From NCBI RefSeq assembly GCF_009914755.1, contig NC_060929.1: 64,000 bases of DNA; one strand, written 5' to 3'. Within the stretch, counting starts at the first letter, position 1, and the number at the start of each line of letters is the position of its first letter. The notes beneath the pieces are model-generated. The model saw only the letters and a program-made list of their open reading frames with translations. It searched no databases and was not told the DNA's origin. This document shows positions 44,159-58,827 of the stretch, one piece after another. The translations under genes and the position numbers were made by a program. Source of the stretch: the human T2T-CHM13v2.0 reference genome, Homo sapiens.

Positions 44159-47077
44159 TTGAGTGAGTTTCTTAATCCTGATTTCTAATTTGATTGCACT
44201 ATGTTCTCAGAGACTGTTTCTTAGGATCTCCATTCTTTTGCATTTGGTGAGGAGTGTTTTACTTTCAATTATTTGGTCAGTTTTAGAATAAGTGTGATGT
44301 GGTGCTGAGAAAAATGTATATTCTCTTGATTTGTGGTAGAGAGTTGTATAGACATCTATTAGGTCTGCCTGGCCCAGAGCTGAGTTCAAGTCCTGAATAT
44401 CCTTGTTAATTTTCTGTCTCATTGATCTGTCTAATATTAACAGTGGGGTGTTAAAATCTCCCACTATTATTGTGTGGGAGTCTATGTTTCTTTGTAGGTC
44501 TCTAAGCACTTGCTTTATGAATCTGGGTTCTCCTGTATTGGGTGCATATATATTTAGGATAGTTTGCTCTTCTTGTTGCATTGATCCCTTTTCCATTATG
44601 TGATGCCCTTTGTCTTTTTTGATCTTTGTTGGTTTAAAGTCTGTTTTGTCAGAGACTAGGATTGCAACCCTTGCCTTTTTTTTTTTTTTTTTTTTTTTCT
44701 GCTTTTCGTTTGCTTGGTAAATATTCCTCCATCCCTTTATTTTGAGCCTGTGTGTGCCTTTGCACATGAGATGGGTCTCCTGAATACAGCAAACCAAAGG
44801 GTCTTGACTCATTATCCAATTTGCCAGTCAGTGCCTTTTAATTGGGTCATTAAGCCCATTCACATTTAAGGTAATATTGTTATGTGTGAATTTAATCCTG
44901 TCATTATGATGTTTAGCTGGTCATTTTGCCTGTTAGTTGATGCAGTTTCTTCATAGTGTTGATGGCCTTTACAATTTGCTATGATTTTGCAGAGGCTGGT
45001 ACCAGTTTTTCCTTTCCGTATTTAATGCTTCCTTCAGGAGCTCTTGTAAGGTAGGCTTGGTGGTGACACAATCTCTCAGCATTTGCTTGTCTGTAAAGGA
45101 TTTTATTTCTCCTTTGCTTATGAAACTTTGTTTGGCTGGACATAAAATTCTGGGTTGAAAATTCTTTTCTTTAAGAATGTTGAATATTGCCCCCCAGTCT
45201 CTTCTGGCTTGCAGGGTTTCTGCAGAGAGATCCTCTATTAGTCTGACGGGCTTCCCTTTGTGGGTAACCTGACCTTTCTCTCTGGCTGCCCTTAACATTT
45301 TTTCCTTCATTTCAACCTTGCTGAATCTGACGATTATGTGTCTTGGGGTTGCTCTTCTCAAGGAGTATCTTTGTGGTGGTCCCTGTATTTCCAGAATTTG
45401 AATGTTAGCCTACTTTGCTAGGTTGGGGAAATTCTCCTGGATAATATTCTGAAGTGTCTTTTCCAACTTGGCTCCATTCTCCATGTCACTTTCAGTACAC
45501 CAATCAAAAGTAGGTTTGGTCTTTTCACATAGTCCCATATTTCTTGGAGGGCTTGTTCATTCTTTTTCATTCTTTTTTCTCTTCTCTTCATGATTCATTT
45601 CATTAAGTTGATCTTTAGTCTCTGATATCTTTTCTTCCACTTGATTGATTCTGCTATTGGTACTTGTGTATGCTTCACGAAGTTCTTGTGCTGAGTTTTT
45701 CAGCTCCTTCAGATCATTTATGTTCTTCTCTAAACGAATTATTCTACTTAGCAATTCCTGTAATCTTTTTTCAAGGTTCTTAGCTTCCTTGCTTTGGGTT
45801 AAAACATGCTTCTTTAGCTCTGAGGAGTTTGTTATTACCCGCCTTCTGAAGCCTACTTCAGTCAATTTGTCAAATTCATTCTCTGTCCTGTTTTGTCCCC
45901 TTGCTGGTGATGAGTTGTGATCCTTTGGAGGAGAAGAGGTGTTCTGGTTTTAGAATTTTCAGCCTTTTTGTGCTTGTTTTTCCTCATCTTTGTGTATTAT
46001 CTACATTTGGTCTTTGACTTTGGTGACCTTTGGATGGGGTTTTTGTGTTGACATCGTTTTTGTTGATGTTGATGCTATTCCTTTGTGTTTGTTATTTTTC
46101 CTTCTAACAGGCCACTCTGCTGCAGGTCTACTGGAGTTGCTGGAGGTCCACTCCAGACCCTGTTTGCCTGGGTATCACCAATGGAGGCTGCAGAACAGCA
46201 AAGATTGCTGCCTGCTCTTTCCTCTGGAAGCTTCGTCCCATAGGGGAACCTGCCAGATCCCAGCCAGAGCTCCCCTGTATGAGGTGTCTGTCAACCCCTG
46301 CTAGGAGGTATCTTCCAATTAGGAGGCATGGGGGTCAGGGACCCACTTGAGGAGGCAGTATGTCCCTTAGCAAAGCTTGAGAGCTTTGCTGGAAGATCCC
46401 CTGCTCTCTTCAGAGCCAACAAGTAGGAATGTTTAAGTTGGCTGAAGCTGCGCCCACAGCCGCCCCTCCCCCCAGGTGCTCTGTCCCAGGGAGATGGGAG
46501 CTTTATCTACCAGCCCCTGATTGTTGCTGCTGCCTTGCTTTCAGAGATGCCCTGCCCAGAGAATAGGAATCTAGAGAGGCAGTCTGGCTACAGTGGCTTT
46601 GCTGAGCTGAGATGGGCTCCGCCCAGTTTGAACTTCCCAGCAGGTTTGTTTACACTGTGAGGGGAAAACTGCCTACTCAAGCCTCAGTAATGGTGGACAC
46701 CCCTCCCCCCACCAAGCTCGAGCATCCCAGGTTGACTTCAGACTGCTGTGCTGGCAGCAAGAATTTCAAGCCAGTGGACCTTAGCTTGCTGGGCTCCGTG
46801 GGGGTGGGATCTGCTGAGCTAGACCACTTGGCTCCCTGACTTCAGCCCCCTTTCCAGGGGAGTAAATGGTTCTGTCTCGCTGGTGTTCCAGGCACCACTG
46901 GGGTATGAAAATAAACTCCTGCAGCTAGCTTGGTGTCTGCCAAATCAGCCACCCCGTTTTGTGCTTGAAACCCAGGGCCCTGCTGGTGTAGTCATCTGAG
47001 GGAATCTCCTGGTCTGCGGATTGTGAAGACCATGCATAAAGCATAGTATCTGGGCTGGAATTCACCGTTCCTCATGG

Positions 47078-48327
47078 TGAGATGTGGCAACGTGCTAGCA
47101 GCCCTTGCTCACCCTTGGTGCCTCCTCAGCCTTGGCGTCCACTCTGGCCGCACTCGAGGAGACCTTCAGCCCGCTGCTGCGCTGTGGGGGCCCCTCTCCG
47201 GGGCTGGCCAAGGCCCGTGCCAGCTGCCTCTGCTCACGCGGAGGTGTGGAGGGAGAGGCGCGGGTGGGAGCCGGGGCTACGCATGGTGCTCATGGGCCAG
47301 TGTGTGTTCTAGGTGGGCGTGGGCTCGGCCTGCACTTAGCGCGGCTGGCGGTGCTTGCTGGGCCTGATCAGAGACTGGGTCCCGTGCGTGGAATGCCATT
47401 CCCTCTTCATGGGGTCGTTGGCCATGATGGCGGGTCTCAGTCTCTTTCTCACTTCCCCTCTTTTCTTCTTGGTTATCTGGGACAAGCTCCCTCTGAGCTG
47501 CCGGAGTGCCCGGGCTAGGTGCTGCAAAGCCCTGCAACGAGTGCCAGTGAGAGGTGAAGCCTCTGGGCTTCTGGGATGGGTGGGGACTTGGAGAACTTTT
47601 CTGTCTAGCTAAAGGATTGTAAATGCACCAATCAGCACTCTGTGTCTAGCTAAAGGTTTGTAAATGCACCAGTCAGCACTCTGTCAAAATGGACCAATTG
47701 GCTCTCTGTAAAACAGGCCAATCAGCAGGATGTGGGTGGGGCCAGATAAGGGAATAAAAAGCAGGCCACCTGAGCCAGCAGCGGCAACCTGGGTCCCCTT
47801 CCATGATGTGGAAGTTTTGTTCTTTCGTTCTTTGCAATAAATCTCGCAGCTGCGCACTCTTTGGGTCTGTGATGCCTTTAAGTAAGAGCTGTAACACTCA
47901 CCTCGAAGGTCTGCAGCTTCACTCCTGAAGCCAGTGAGACTGTGAACCCACCAGCAGGAATGAACAACTCCAGAAGGGAGGAACGAACAACTCCGGAAGC
48001 GCCACCTTTATGAACTGTAACACTCACCGCAAAGGTCTGCAGCTTCACTCCTGAAGCCAGTGAGACCATGAACCCACTGGGAGGAATGAACAACTCCAGA
48101 CGTGCTGCCTTTAAGAGCTGTAACACTCACTGCAAAGGTCTGCGACTTCACTCCTGAAGTCAGCGAGACCACAAACCCACCAGAAGGAATAAACTCCGGA
48201 CACATCCGAACATCAGAAGGAACAAACTCCGGACACATCATCTTTAAGAACTGTAACACTCACCACGAGGGTCCGTGGCTTCATTCTTGAAGTCAGCAAC
48301 ACCAAGAATCCACCAATTCTGGACACA
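47078..48327 (+). mobile_element. LTR12 (ERV9) solo LTR inserted in L1 5'UTR
   Basis: TGAGATGTGGCAACGTGCTAGC...CAATTCTGGACACA with 4-bp TSD ATGG (47074-47077 / 48328-48331); U5 tandem repeats 'gctgtaacactcac..aaggtctgc'. Confidence 0.95.
47600..47765 (+). promoter_or_regulatory. LTR12 U3 promoter: CCAAT boxes, GATA site, AATAAAA TATA-like box
   Basis: caccaatcagc (~47626), gaccaattgg (~47692), ggccaatcagc (~47716), ccagataag (~47742), ggaataaaaag (~47751). Confidence 0.75.
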
Positions 48328-49272
48328 ATGGCACAGTCCCTCATGACTTCCCTTGGCTAGGGGAGGGAGTTCCCTGACCCCTTGCACTTCCTGGGTGAGG
48401 CAATGCCCCACCCTGCTTCGGTTCACCCTCAGTGGGCTGCACCCACTGTCTAACCAGTCTCAATGAGATGAGCTGGGTATCTCAGTTAGAAATGCAGAAA
48501 TCACTCACCTGCCTTCTGCACTGATCTCGCTGGGAGCTGCTGGTGGCACTTTCTTGATTTATACAATGAAATCAGTAGTTTTATCCACCATTGATTTTAC
48601 CTAATCACTACAAGTGTCCACCCAGTGAAAAATCAAGTCACATCTTATTATTATGAATACAGTTTGGATCTCATGGTCCTCCTGGAAGGGTCTCGGGGAC
48701 TTTGGTGTCCACAAAAGTATTGCTTTGTTATATCAAGCTGCCTTTGTCTGTGGTAGCTGGATTTTGAAGCCAATGATCCTACATTCCATTTTAGGGTAGA
48801 TACTTCTAGTGCCAACCTTCTTAATGTTGCTGACGTTGACATTTTTTATTTTGTGTTTCTCATGGCCCATTTTGAACTGTTCTCCTCCTTGAACAATACA
48901 TGGCAGTCCCACTAAACTTTCCATGCCTTTAACTCTGTTCTCTCTAGCATCTAGAACTTGTTCTTTTCCTGGGAAAAACACTCACCTCATTAAACTGTAG
49001 GGCTAACTCATTCTCAGGTATGAGCTTAAACATTATTTTTCCAAGGAGATGCTCCATGACAGCTACATTGAAACATACTCTTAAATCGCTACTATATGCT
49101 AGGGACTCAGCATTTAGTCATACACTGGTAAATATTGAGTATACATTGTTACTATCAGTTTAATGTCTGTCTTTCTTATTAAGCTCCTTCTGTATTATTC
49201 ATTCTTATATCATCAGTACCCAGCATGGTGCCTGTTCATAAACCTGTTGAGAATGGGTGCAACATACAGTCT

Positions 49273-49832
49273 ATAGTTGGTCCTCATTATTCAGATTCCA
49301 TATTTGTGAATTTGCACACTCACTATATTTGTAATCCTAAAACAAATAGTCATGGTGCTTTGATGGTCACACTCAGATGTGTTCTGAGTGGCATAAAATT
49401 TGAGCTGCCTAACAGGCATATTCCCAGCTGAGGTTTCACAAGGCAATGCTTTGCCTTCTTGTTTTAGCTTTAAACAAGTGTCCTTTGGGGATCTATTTAG
49501 TGCTACATTTTTCACATTTTTTGAGCATTTTGCTGGTGATTTCACTGTTTTAAGGAAAAAATATGTGTGTCAGGTAAGCTTTGTTCAGGCTCAAGGCATA
49601 GTGTTTGCCGTGAGTTCAATGTTAAAGAATCAACAATATATATGAAATAAGATGTCTATAAACAGAGACGTATAAAACAAGGTTATGTATTGATCAGCTG
49701 ACAAAAATGTTGTGACCAGAGGCTTGCAGAAACCTAATCTTGTTTTCCCCTGGAGCAGTGGTTTAATATCTGCTATTTCTGTATTCAAGACAATATTTTA
49801 GAACAACTACCATGAATAATGAGAATTGACTG
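49273..49832 (+). mobile_element. MER82-like Tigger DNA transposon
   Basis: Inverted termini 'tagttggtcctcattattca' / 'tgaataatgagaattgactg'; internal 'ttcccagctgaggtttcacaaggcaatgctttgccttcttgtttt'. Confidence 0.8.
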
Positions 49833-49996
49833 CACCATTTTCCTGTCACTTTCTCTGGTAACTGAGTAAGCAGCTGCCACCTGAATTCTGATTCTAGCTC
49901 TACCATGTACTCACTACATGGAAGACCAGGAGACTTTTTGAAGAAACTGCTCTAAAGATAGAGCAGAATTCTAGTTAGTTCTCTCTCCTTCTACCC

Positions 49997-50466
49997 TGTT
50001 GCGGGTTGAATTGTCTCTCCCCATGAGATAGGTTGAAGTCCTAACTCCCACTACCTGTGAATGTGAGTTTATTTGGAAATAAGGTCTTTGCAATTGTAAT
50101 AAATGTCAGAGGTAGTCATACTGAATTAGGGTGAACCCTAAGTCCAATGACTGGTGTCTTAATAAGGAGAGAGAGACTTGAAGACAGAGACACAGAGAAG
50201 ACACAGGGAAGAAGCTCAAGTACAGACAGAGGCAGACTGGAGTTCAGCTGCTGCAAGCCAAGGAACCCAAGGATTGCTGGCAACCACAAGAACTCAGGGG
50301 AGCAGCACAGAACACATTCTCCTTCAGATCCCCCAGAAGGAACCAATGCTGCAGACACCTTGATTTTAGACTTCTGGCCTCTGGAACAGCTGGAGAATAA
50401 ATTTCTGTTGTTCTAAGCCACCCACATAGTGGTAGTCTGTTCTAGCAGCCCTAGGAAACTCACACA
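49997..50466 (+). mobile_element. MLT1B/C solo LTR
   Basis: TGTTGCGGGTTGAATTGT...GCAGCCCTAGGAAACTCACACA, flanked by taccc/caccc. Confidence 0.88.
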
Positions 50467-50599
50467 CACCCCTTAGCACATTAGGGTAGCATCTTTGAGG
50501 TGATCCAGCAGAAAAGAACTCCAAATAGATAGACCGAGGAGAAAAGAACATTGCATCAGCAGCATTGTGGCAGCTTAGCCTTCTGCTAATTAACTGGAA

Positions 50600-51250
50600 A
50601 TTCCAGCCTCCAGGTTTTTGGTAGCGGATGTCGCTGAGAGAAGTAGGACGCTGGAGAGCAGGCTCATGGGGAAGCTTCCGTGCGTGGCATTTCACACCCT
50701 CAGATCAAATGCTGTTTAAAGGAGGAATAATACATATTAATGCAGCGCCTGCTTCAATTGCTTTCAAGTGGCAGGAGCTGACAGCGCAGCGTGCGCGGCA
50801 AGACTGTAGAAATAGCCCCTGACACTCTTGCAGGTTTACCTCAGCGATTCTTCCCGCACTATACCCAGAGGCTTTCTTAATTGGCCCTCCGAGGGGGTCG
50901 GGGTGTGCACGCGTGTCACCTGCAGCACCAGGGCCGGCAGCAGCGGGGTGGGCGGGCTGCCAGGCTCCGGGCTGCGCAGGTGTTCCTTCCACTGCCCGCC
51001 TCCGGTGGAGAGAGAGACGGCCAACCGATTTCCCGTTCGGTTCCTGGGGAATGGCCTGAGGAAGGCATACCGCTCCCAGTGGAAGTGAATAATCAGTGTC
51101 CCTGAGCTGTTCCCTGAGGTGACATTTGACTCACTTGGCTCCGCTTCCAGCTGTTGCAGGGGCCTCGTATCTCCCTTAAGCCGACAGGGGAGCTTTGAGC
51201 GGATGTACCTCCGCCAGCTTTGGGTTATTGTGAGAGCACCAGGGCCTGAA
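50600..51250. promoter_or_regulatory. Unique GC/CpG-rich promoter-like segment
   Basis: Non-repeat CpG cluster in an otherwise CpG-depleted AT-rich window. GC box ggggtgggcggg (~50946), E-boxes cacctg/caggtg, gcgcagcgtgcgc (~50784). Confidence 0.65.
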
Positions 51251-51454
51251 AATCCTGCGTGGGAATGAACTGTAATCAGGCAGGCTGAACTAGCACCTGT
51301 ACCTAGGCCTGAGCCTGCCTCTAGCCACCTGCATTATTTAGAAACGCTCAAAGTAGCCCTCAGCTACAAGCTTCAGCTGAGAGCTGGGAGGGGAGACAGT
51401 CCATTCCCCCATCGCTGTGTGACGAAAGTGAACCTCTGCAAGTCAATTTTGTTT

Positions 51455-52088
<634 letters not shown>

Positions 52089-52556
52089 CCAAATATAATT
52101 TTAAGTCATAATTTATAGAGGACTCTATGTATGCCAAATGAGTGCTTAATAAAATTTATGTCATTAAATTCTAGCAACCCTAAGATTAAGCAATTATTTT
52201 TCCCCTCGTTGTACATATAAAGACTTCAAAGAATAATATAAATTGATTACATTTTCCAGGTCACATTCTAGTAAGTGGTAGAGCCTGCTTACAAGCATAG
52301 GTCTGCTTGGCTCCAATCCTACCTTCTAAGTGAACAACCCCTGAGCAGAATTTGAAATATTTATGCATGTGTGTATTTCATATGTATACCCATGATTCTT
52401 AGATTAGGATATAGCCTGTGCATGGCATAATATTAATACTAACGTCTGACATAAATATGCCACTAGCTAGTAAGGAAGACCCAAAAGAGCAGAGACAATT
52501 TGTTTTTCTCACTAATGTTTACCTAGGTATTAAGTACAGTACCTTGCACAAATGAA

Positions 52557-52910
52557 GGTAGTTCCCCCTTATCCATGGTTTTGTGTATCACAGTTTCACT
52601 TACATGTGGTCAACTATGTTCTGAAAATATTAAATAGAACGTTCCAGAAATAATGCAATTTTTAAATTGTGCTGTGTTCTGAGCAGCATGATGAAATCTC
52701 ATGCCATCTGGCTGTGTCCTGTTGGGGACATGAGCCATCTCTTCATCCAGAGGGTCCACCCTGTATACACTTCGAGCCTATCAGTCATTTAGTAGCTGTT
52801 TCAGTTATTAGATTAAAAAAGTAGTATATACAGGGTTCAGGTCTTGGAAGTTTCAGGTATCCATGGTGAGTCTTTGAATGTATACCTCTAGGATAAGAGG
52901 GAGATTACCA
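52557..52910 (+). mobile_element. MER44-like Tigger MITE
   Basis: 'gtagttcccccttatccatggtttt' ... 'ggataagagggagattac' termini. Confidence 0.75.
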
Positions 52911-55719
52911 TACTTAGTAAATATTTGTTAAATTAATAAATGAAAAGAACACATGAATAGACGAAATTAGTCTGCTTGTTGCAAAGTGTTACAACCACTA
53001 TAACCTTTTTATTCCCAGAACTACCTTGGGAAGTAAGCAAAGTAAAAAATATTTTTACTTTGCCAATATTTAACTAGAACTTGCATTTTCTGGTTGCTAG
53101 TTTTGCTTTCTTAACTCTAAGTTTTTGATATGGCAGAAGTAACATAGGGTTTAACCTTGAATTCAACTTTTACTCTCTCTATTCTTGTTTTAATGGACAT
53201 GACTTGAGACACTGAACAAATAGTTGCTGATTGCCAAAGACAGGTTAAGAATCACATGAAAATTCCCGCATTTTCTACTGTCATCATTCAAATAAGCTTC
53301 AAACATGCTGAGATTGCTCTTAAGTTGGGGAAGGGTCCCCATGTCAAGGTTTGACATCCTGAAACACATTCTAGCAATATTAATCATTTCAGCATTCTTT
53401 TGGTGATGCAGAGACCTTTTTCTGATTTGTCATATTCACATTAATCAAGCACTTTCAGGAATTAATTCTTGTTTGGTATTTTAGGGCATCATTTAGGGAA
53501 TGATAGATACAGAAGTGAATGACCTATGGATAAATATATAAAAGTTCACAAATCTCTGGTGATTTTTTAACTGTAATCTCAATTGTGAATGGTTCTGGAT
53601 AATGATGTATATGTGAAAAATGACACGTTATCTACATACCTTACTACTGGCATCTCTCACTCTGTCTATTCCATGTTGTTCAAAGGCAGGATGGGCAATT
53701 CTCAAAGCCATCCTGTAGTCATATATACAGTTTCCTGTAGTCACACATAAAAGGCAAGACTGTGTGTAACCTTTGGGAAACAAGACTCTAGAAAGACAAA
53801 CATAATTTCTGTGTATCTGCCAAGCATTGTAATGAGGGTCCCAGAAATAATAAAAGACCTATTAGGAACCACAAAGACCATTTTGGCCCAATTACCATCT
53901 CTTATCTTTCTGTGGAAAGAGATATGTTAATTAACAAATTTGTCTGTTTTCTGGAATCAAAGCTAGAGCTTTTGAAAGATGCTCTTTAGGTTCATTACAG
54001 ATTTTTGAACCTCACTACCTGGGGTGGACCTCTGAGGATTCAAACTAGTCCTTTTACTTATATTTCTGGTCCAAAGGACTCTTGTTATATTCCCTTTAGC
54101 TTCTGTTCCAAATTACTATTAGACTTGTATTTCTCTTAATGGTAACATTTCCTTTGCCTCCCTGTTTTTAATTTGGAGCTCTCAAGTCCTTACATCAAGA
54201 GTCAATTAGACTTTCTCCTCGTCTTTAATATCTGATCAGTTACCAAGTTTGATAGATTTGGCTTCATAAATTCTCTTAATTCTCTTCTTTCTGTTTGTAC
54301 CACAACCTTACCATTTCATTCTACTAGAATATTTTTACTACCCCTCTAAAATTATTGAATGCTTCTTTTCAGAGTAGTCTGAGAAAAGATCATCTTTAAG
54401 AACCTTTTTTTGAAAGGCAACCTACCCAATGAAGTTTGATCCTGCCTTCTCCTAAAGTCTTATGGCACATAAATTACACATTGTACTGTAGTTATCTGTG
54501 CTGTTTTTATTATTAGTTTTTTTGGTTAGAATCTAAGAAGCACCAGGTTCAGTGTTAGCCATGGAGGGCTGGCAGTACACTGCACCTATTAGACTTGCAC
54601 CTAAAAGACAGTCTAATAGAATGAGTTAAGTATTCTGGAGTCAAACTGTCTAGATCTGGATTCCAGCTCATACATTTTCACATGCATGACCTTGAAAAAG
54701 CCATTTTTCTGCTTTGAACTTCAGTCCTTTTATCTAAAAAAGAACAATAAATATGTTTGAGGAATGTACTTTAATATAAATGTTTTATCAGTGTTCTCTG
54801 GCACATGGTAAAAGTTAATTCAATTCATTTAACTGATATTTTCTGAACAGGTAATCTATACCAGGTATTCTTTTTGATTCAAATAATACACAGTGGTGAA
54901 CAAAACAGATGGATTTCTTGCTTTCATAGGGTGTAGATACTAGTGGTAGGGGGCAGAGAGGGCTAATGTTACTTTGATATAAATAGCATAGTTGTACCAG
55001 TTTTCAGCCAGTTCCCCTTGTGACTTGTAGGTGCCTGTGCCATATTGGTTACTAAAGATCTTGAATGCACTTATGGATATCGATAATTACTAATGTTGAA
55101 ATGGAAGTTTTGGATGAAGCATCATGATATAAATACCATGTTCTAAAGTGAAATTTGAGGCCATAATATAAACATTTAAAAATGGTGTTGAAATCTATTT
55201 CTACATCTCCAAAAGCCTTTACCTGCAATGAGCACAACTAAATGTCAGCATATGAAGATAGAAGAAGATTTTTGGAGAGAGCATTTGGGGTTCTCTGAGT
55301 GTGATCTCCTCCTCTAAGGATGGGACAAGTGTGGCTGCTTCCATCTTCATCTCAAGTTAAGGAAAGGTGTTTGAGGAAGAACTACTAAAAGTTTAATATG
55401 CTTGTTCTTTAGTTTGGTACACAGTAAACCTGAATCTTTTCCTCCTGGAGTATATAATAAGAAGTGAAAGATGGGTTGGCTAGTTGCTTTGATGGTGATT
55501 AATGGAGCATTTAGTAGCCTGCAGTCCTTGAGTTTGTTGAGGAAGATAATATTTGAGTAATCTCCATGGATCAAATGTGCATGAACGTGCAAGAAAGAGG
55601 AGGATGATTTAACTCCTTTCTAAGAGGTTTCAGGGAAGATTCAACAGACTTCAGCAGAAAAAAATGTGTGGTACCAATGGATGCCTATGTTCATGGACAG
55701 AGTAAATTATCACCTGCAA

Positions 55720-56300
55720 AATAGAGATGCATTCATCCTTCTGAATAATCAAGATTGACTGGGCACCTTAGGCACTTATGAAGGTAATGATTTATATTTA
55801 TATAAGTAAACAAGATAACTTGAGAGAGTGATAAAAGCTATGGAGAAAATAAATTAGGACAATATAATAGAGATTGGCTAGGGTTCAGTAGAAGTAGCTT
55901 TGGAGTGGATGCCCTGGGAAGGTCTCTCAATGCAGACAATGGTAGATTGGCAGGAACTAGACAGCAGGCAATGATATGGAGACTGAGAAAGTTTTGCACA
56001 CAAACGGAATGCCAGATGCCGTGGCCATTGGGTGGAAAGGAGCTTGACATGTTTTACAAACCCAAAGAAAGACAGTGTGCAGAAACTTCGTGGGAGTGAT
56101 GGAATAATATTGAATATTATCTAAGAGGATTGTAGGGACAGATCAAGTAGGACCTTGCAGGGCATGGTAAGGGATTTGGGTCTTATTTTGAGCAGAAAGG
56201 GGAGCCAGTAGAGAGTTTCAAGCAAGGAGTGACATTAAGTGACTTACATTTTTTAAGTATTACTTTTATTGCTGAGTGGAGTAACAGAAAGTTGTGTAAA
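55720..56300 (-). mobile_element. L2 fragments
   Basis: 'gggacagatcaagtaggaccttgcagggcatggtaagggatttgggtcttattttgagc...agagagtttcaagcaaggagtgac'. Confidence 0.65.
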
Positions 56301-57869
56301 GTACAGAGACAACAGAGTGATGAGAAACCTCCTGGGGGATATCAGCCTTGAACAGATCTGGAACATGCGGATTAGATTTAGAGAAGCTGGAAAAAATGGT
56401 ACGTGCCCTTCAGCTTGGTGAAAAAGAGGCTACTGACACAGAGGCAGGGAGGTATATGACAGAAGTCACAACTCCCCCACAATGCAAACAAAAGCCCAGA
56501 GATTGGGATTCTGAGACATAGGTTGGTTGCTGGGATGGACAGAGACTGGTCCACACAACTGCCAAGCAAGGATCTGGAGGGGGAAAAAAAGATGTATAAT
56601 CCAACCAAACCTGAAAGCCTGGCAGGGTGATCAACTGTGAGTCTAGCTAAATTGATCCAGTGAAGAGACAGAATCCAGGAGTGAAGTTGCTGAATAAAAA
56701 TCAGGAAGAAATATTGAAAAGGGTGGTGGGATATAGAGCATAAGAAGAGTATTTTAGTGGGTAAAATGTAGCAGCATGTTCTATGTTGCCTATGGGCATG
56801 AACAAAGAGGTAGCTATTGAGTAGTAAAGAGAGAAATCCAAACTATACCTGCATTCTTATGGGCAGGTGACCGTCTTCACTTTTCCACTGGCAGCCTCTT
56901 GCTTACAGCTACTGAAATCTAAATGAGCCACTATCCAGCAATTTTATGGCATTTGTCTGAGGTGTGCTTTACTGCATGTGATTTTCTGACTAGGATCTGT
57001 TTCCACAACCAGATGATCAGCTCAGTAAAAGCAGAGAACGTTCCTAATTTTGCTCATTAATCTATTCCCAGCACAAGCCTGAGCACCTAATAGTTACTAA
57101 AACATCTGCTGAGTGAGATTTCATGAGTTGAAATTTCATGAGTTGATGTCTTGCCTCTTCCTGTTCCAAACAGATTAGCACCATTCTAGATTGTGAGTGA
57201 CACAAATAAGTATAATTAATTTCTTCATTCATATATCCAAGAATATTTGATTAGTACCTACTATGTATCACTGTGTCAGCTGTTCATTTATGTAATATTA
57301 AATTAATACAAACCTTCCCCTTATTCCCAAGGTATTTAACCTTTAGTGGAGGATATTAAACAAATAATTATTCACAAGGATATTTAATTACAATTAACAT
57401 ATTTGCTAATGAGGAAAAATATAGGACACTATGAATAGTATAAATTCATTTTTCTACCCTCAGAGAAGAAAAATATTACAATCTTGAAGAGAGGAACCAT
57501 AATTCCAAATGTTATTTATAATTTCTACGGGACCTAGAATAGGCCCATTCCTGGTAGTTAAATGCCTGTCAGAGTAGAAAATCAAAGCTGACACACTGAC
57601 AACACACATGAATAATGCTAATCAGTAGGTTCTATTAACACAGCACTGAAATTATAAACTCCTTTTTTTGTTGTTGTCCCGTGGGTATAGTGGTCAAGGA
57701 ATTACTGGAGAGTATCTCTGTGGGATGGGATATTAGACATTTCTTTTCCGTCTGTCTACACACATGGAGATGTTGGCTCTTGGCCTGTGTCAGAAATTAG
57801 ATTGATCAGTATAGACATACTGGAATTAAATGTGTACAGGGAATACTTCCAGTGGTTATTGAAAGATTA

Positions 57870-58370
<501 letters not shown>

Positions 58371-58827
58371 TTAGCTGACCATAAAGCCATGTTTCTTATG
58401 CATACAAGGCACTTCTGAACCTTTACACTAGCTGTTCCTTCTTCTTGGAATTCTTTGCGCCTGCTCTGCCTGGTGATTGTGTTTATATTTTAGATCTCAG
58501 TCCAATAGATTACTTGATTACCCTTCATAAAGTGATTCCACCCCATTTACTCTTCCTTCACTCTATTATGTCCTTTATAATATCTAATTTACATTTATCT
58601 GGTTAATTTTTACACTTTTAATTTACCTTTCTGTCTCATTAAAACATAAGCTTCACGAGGGCAGGTATGTTTTCTGTATTGCTTACCACTTGAACTCAAA
58701 AGCAATTGGGCCCCTCGGAAGCACTCTATAAACATTTGTGAAGCAATGAACTAATGTTGATTGGCTATTATGGGGAGTATAAGGATGTCATTTTTTCTTT
58801 TTTGATGGATTATATATATATATATAT

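Noticed and set aside
47074-47612. Overlapping GC-rich ORFs (up to 137 aa)
   Set aside because: They lie inside LTR12 U3; stop-poor because of GC content.
47880-48300. Regularly spaced repeats resembling a CRISPR array
   Set aside because: These are the standard LTR12 U5 tandem repeats; the intervening sequences are themselves homologous and there are no cas genes.
48975-49010. Perfect minus-strand splice donor GAG|GTGAGT near 48985
   Set aside because: Isolated motif in L2-like sequence with no convincing acceptor or reading frame.
50705-51105. Short ORFs over the CpG-rich segment
   Set aside because: Mostly non-ATG starts, low-complexity translations, no recognisable domain.
50600-51250. 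Assigning a gene symbol to the promoter-like segment
   Set aside because: I do not recognise the sequence; any name would be a guess.
53190-53420. Unique sequence with a 65-aa ORF as a possible exon
   Set aside because: No recognisable protein similarity or convincing splice-site pair.
57115-57146. 15-bp tandem duplication (atttcatgagttga x2)
   Set aside because: Ordinary short slippage duplication.
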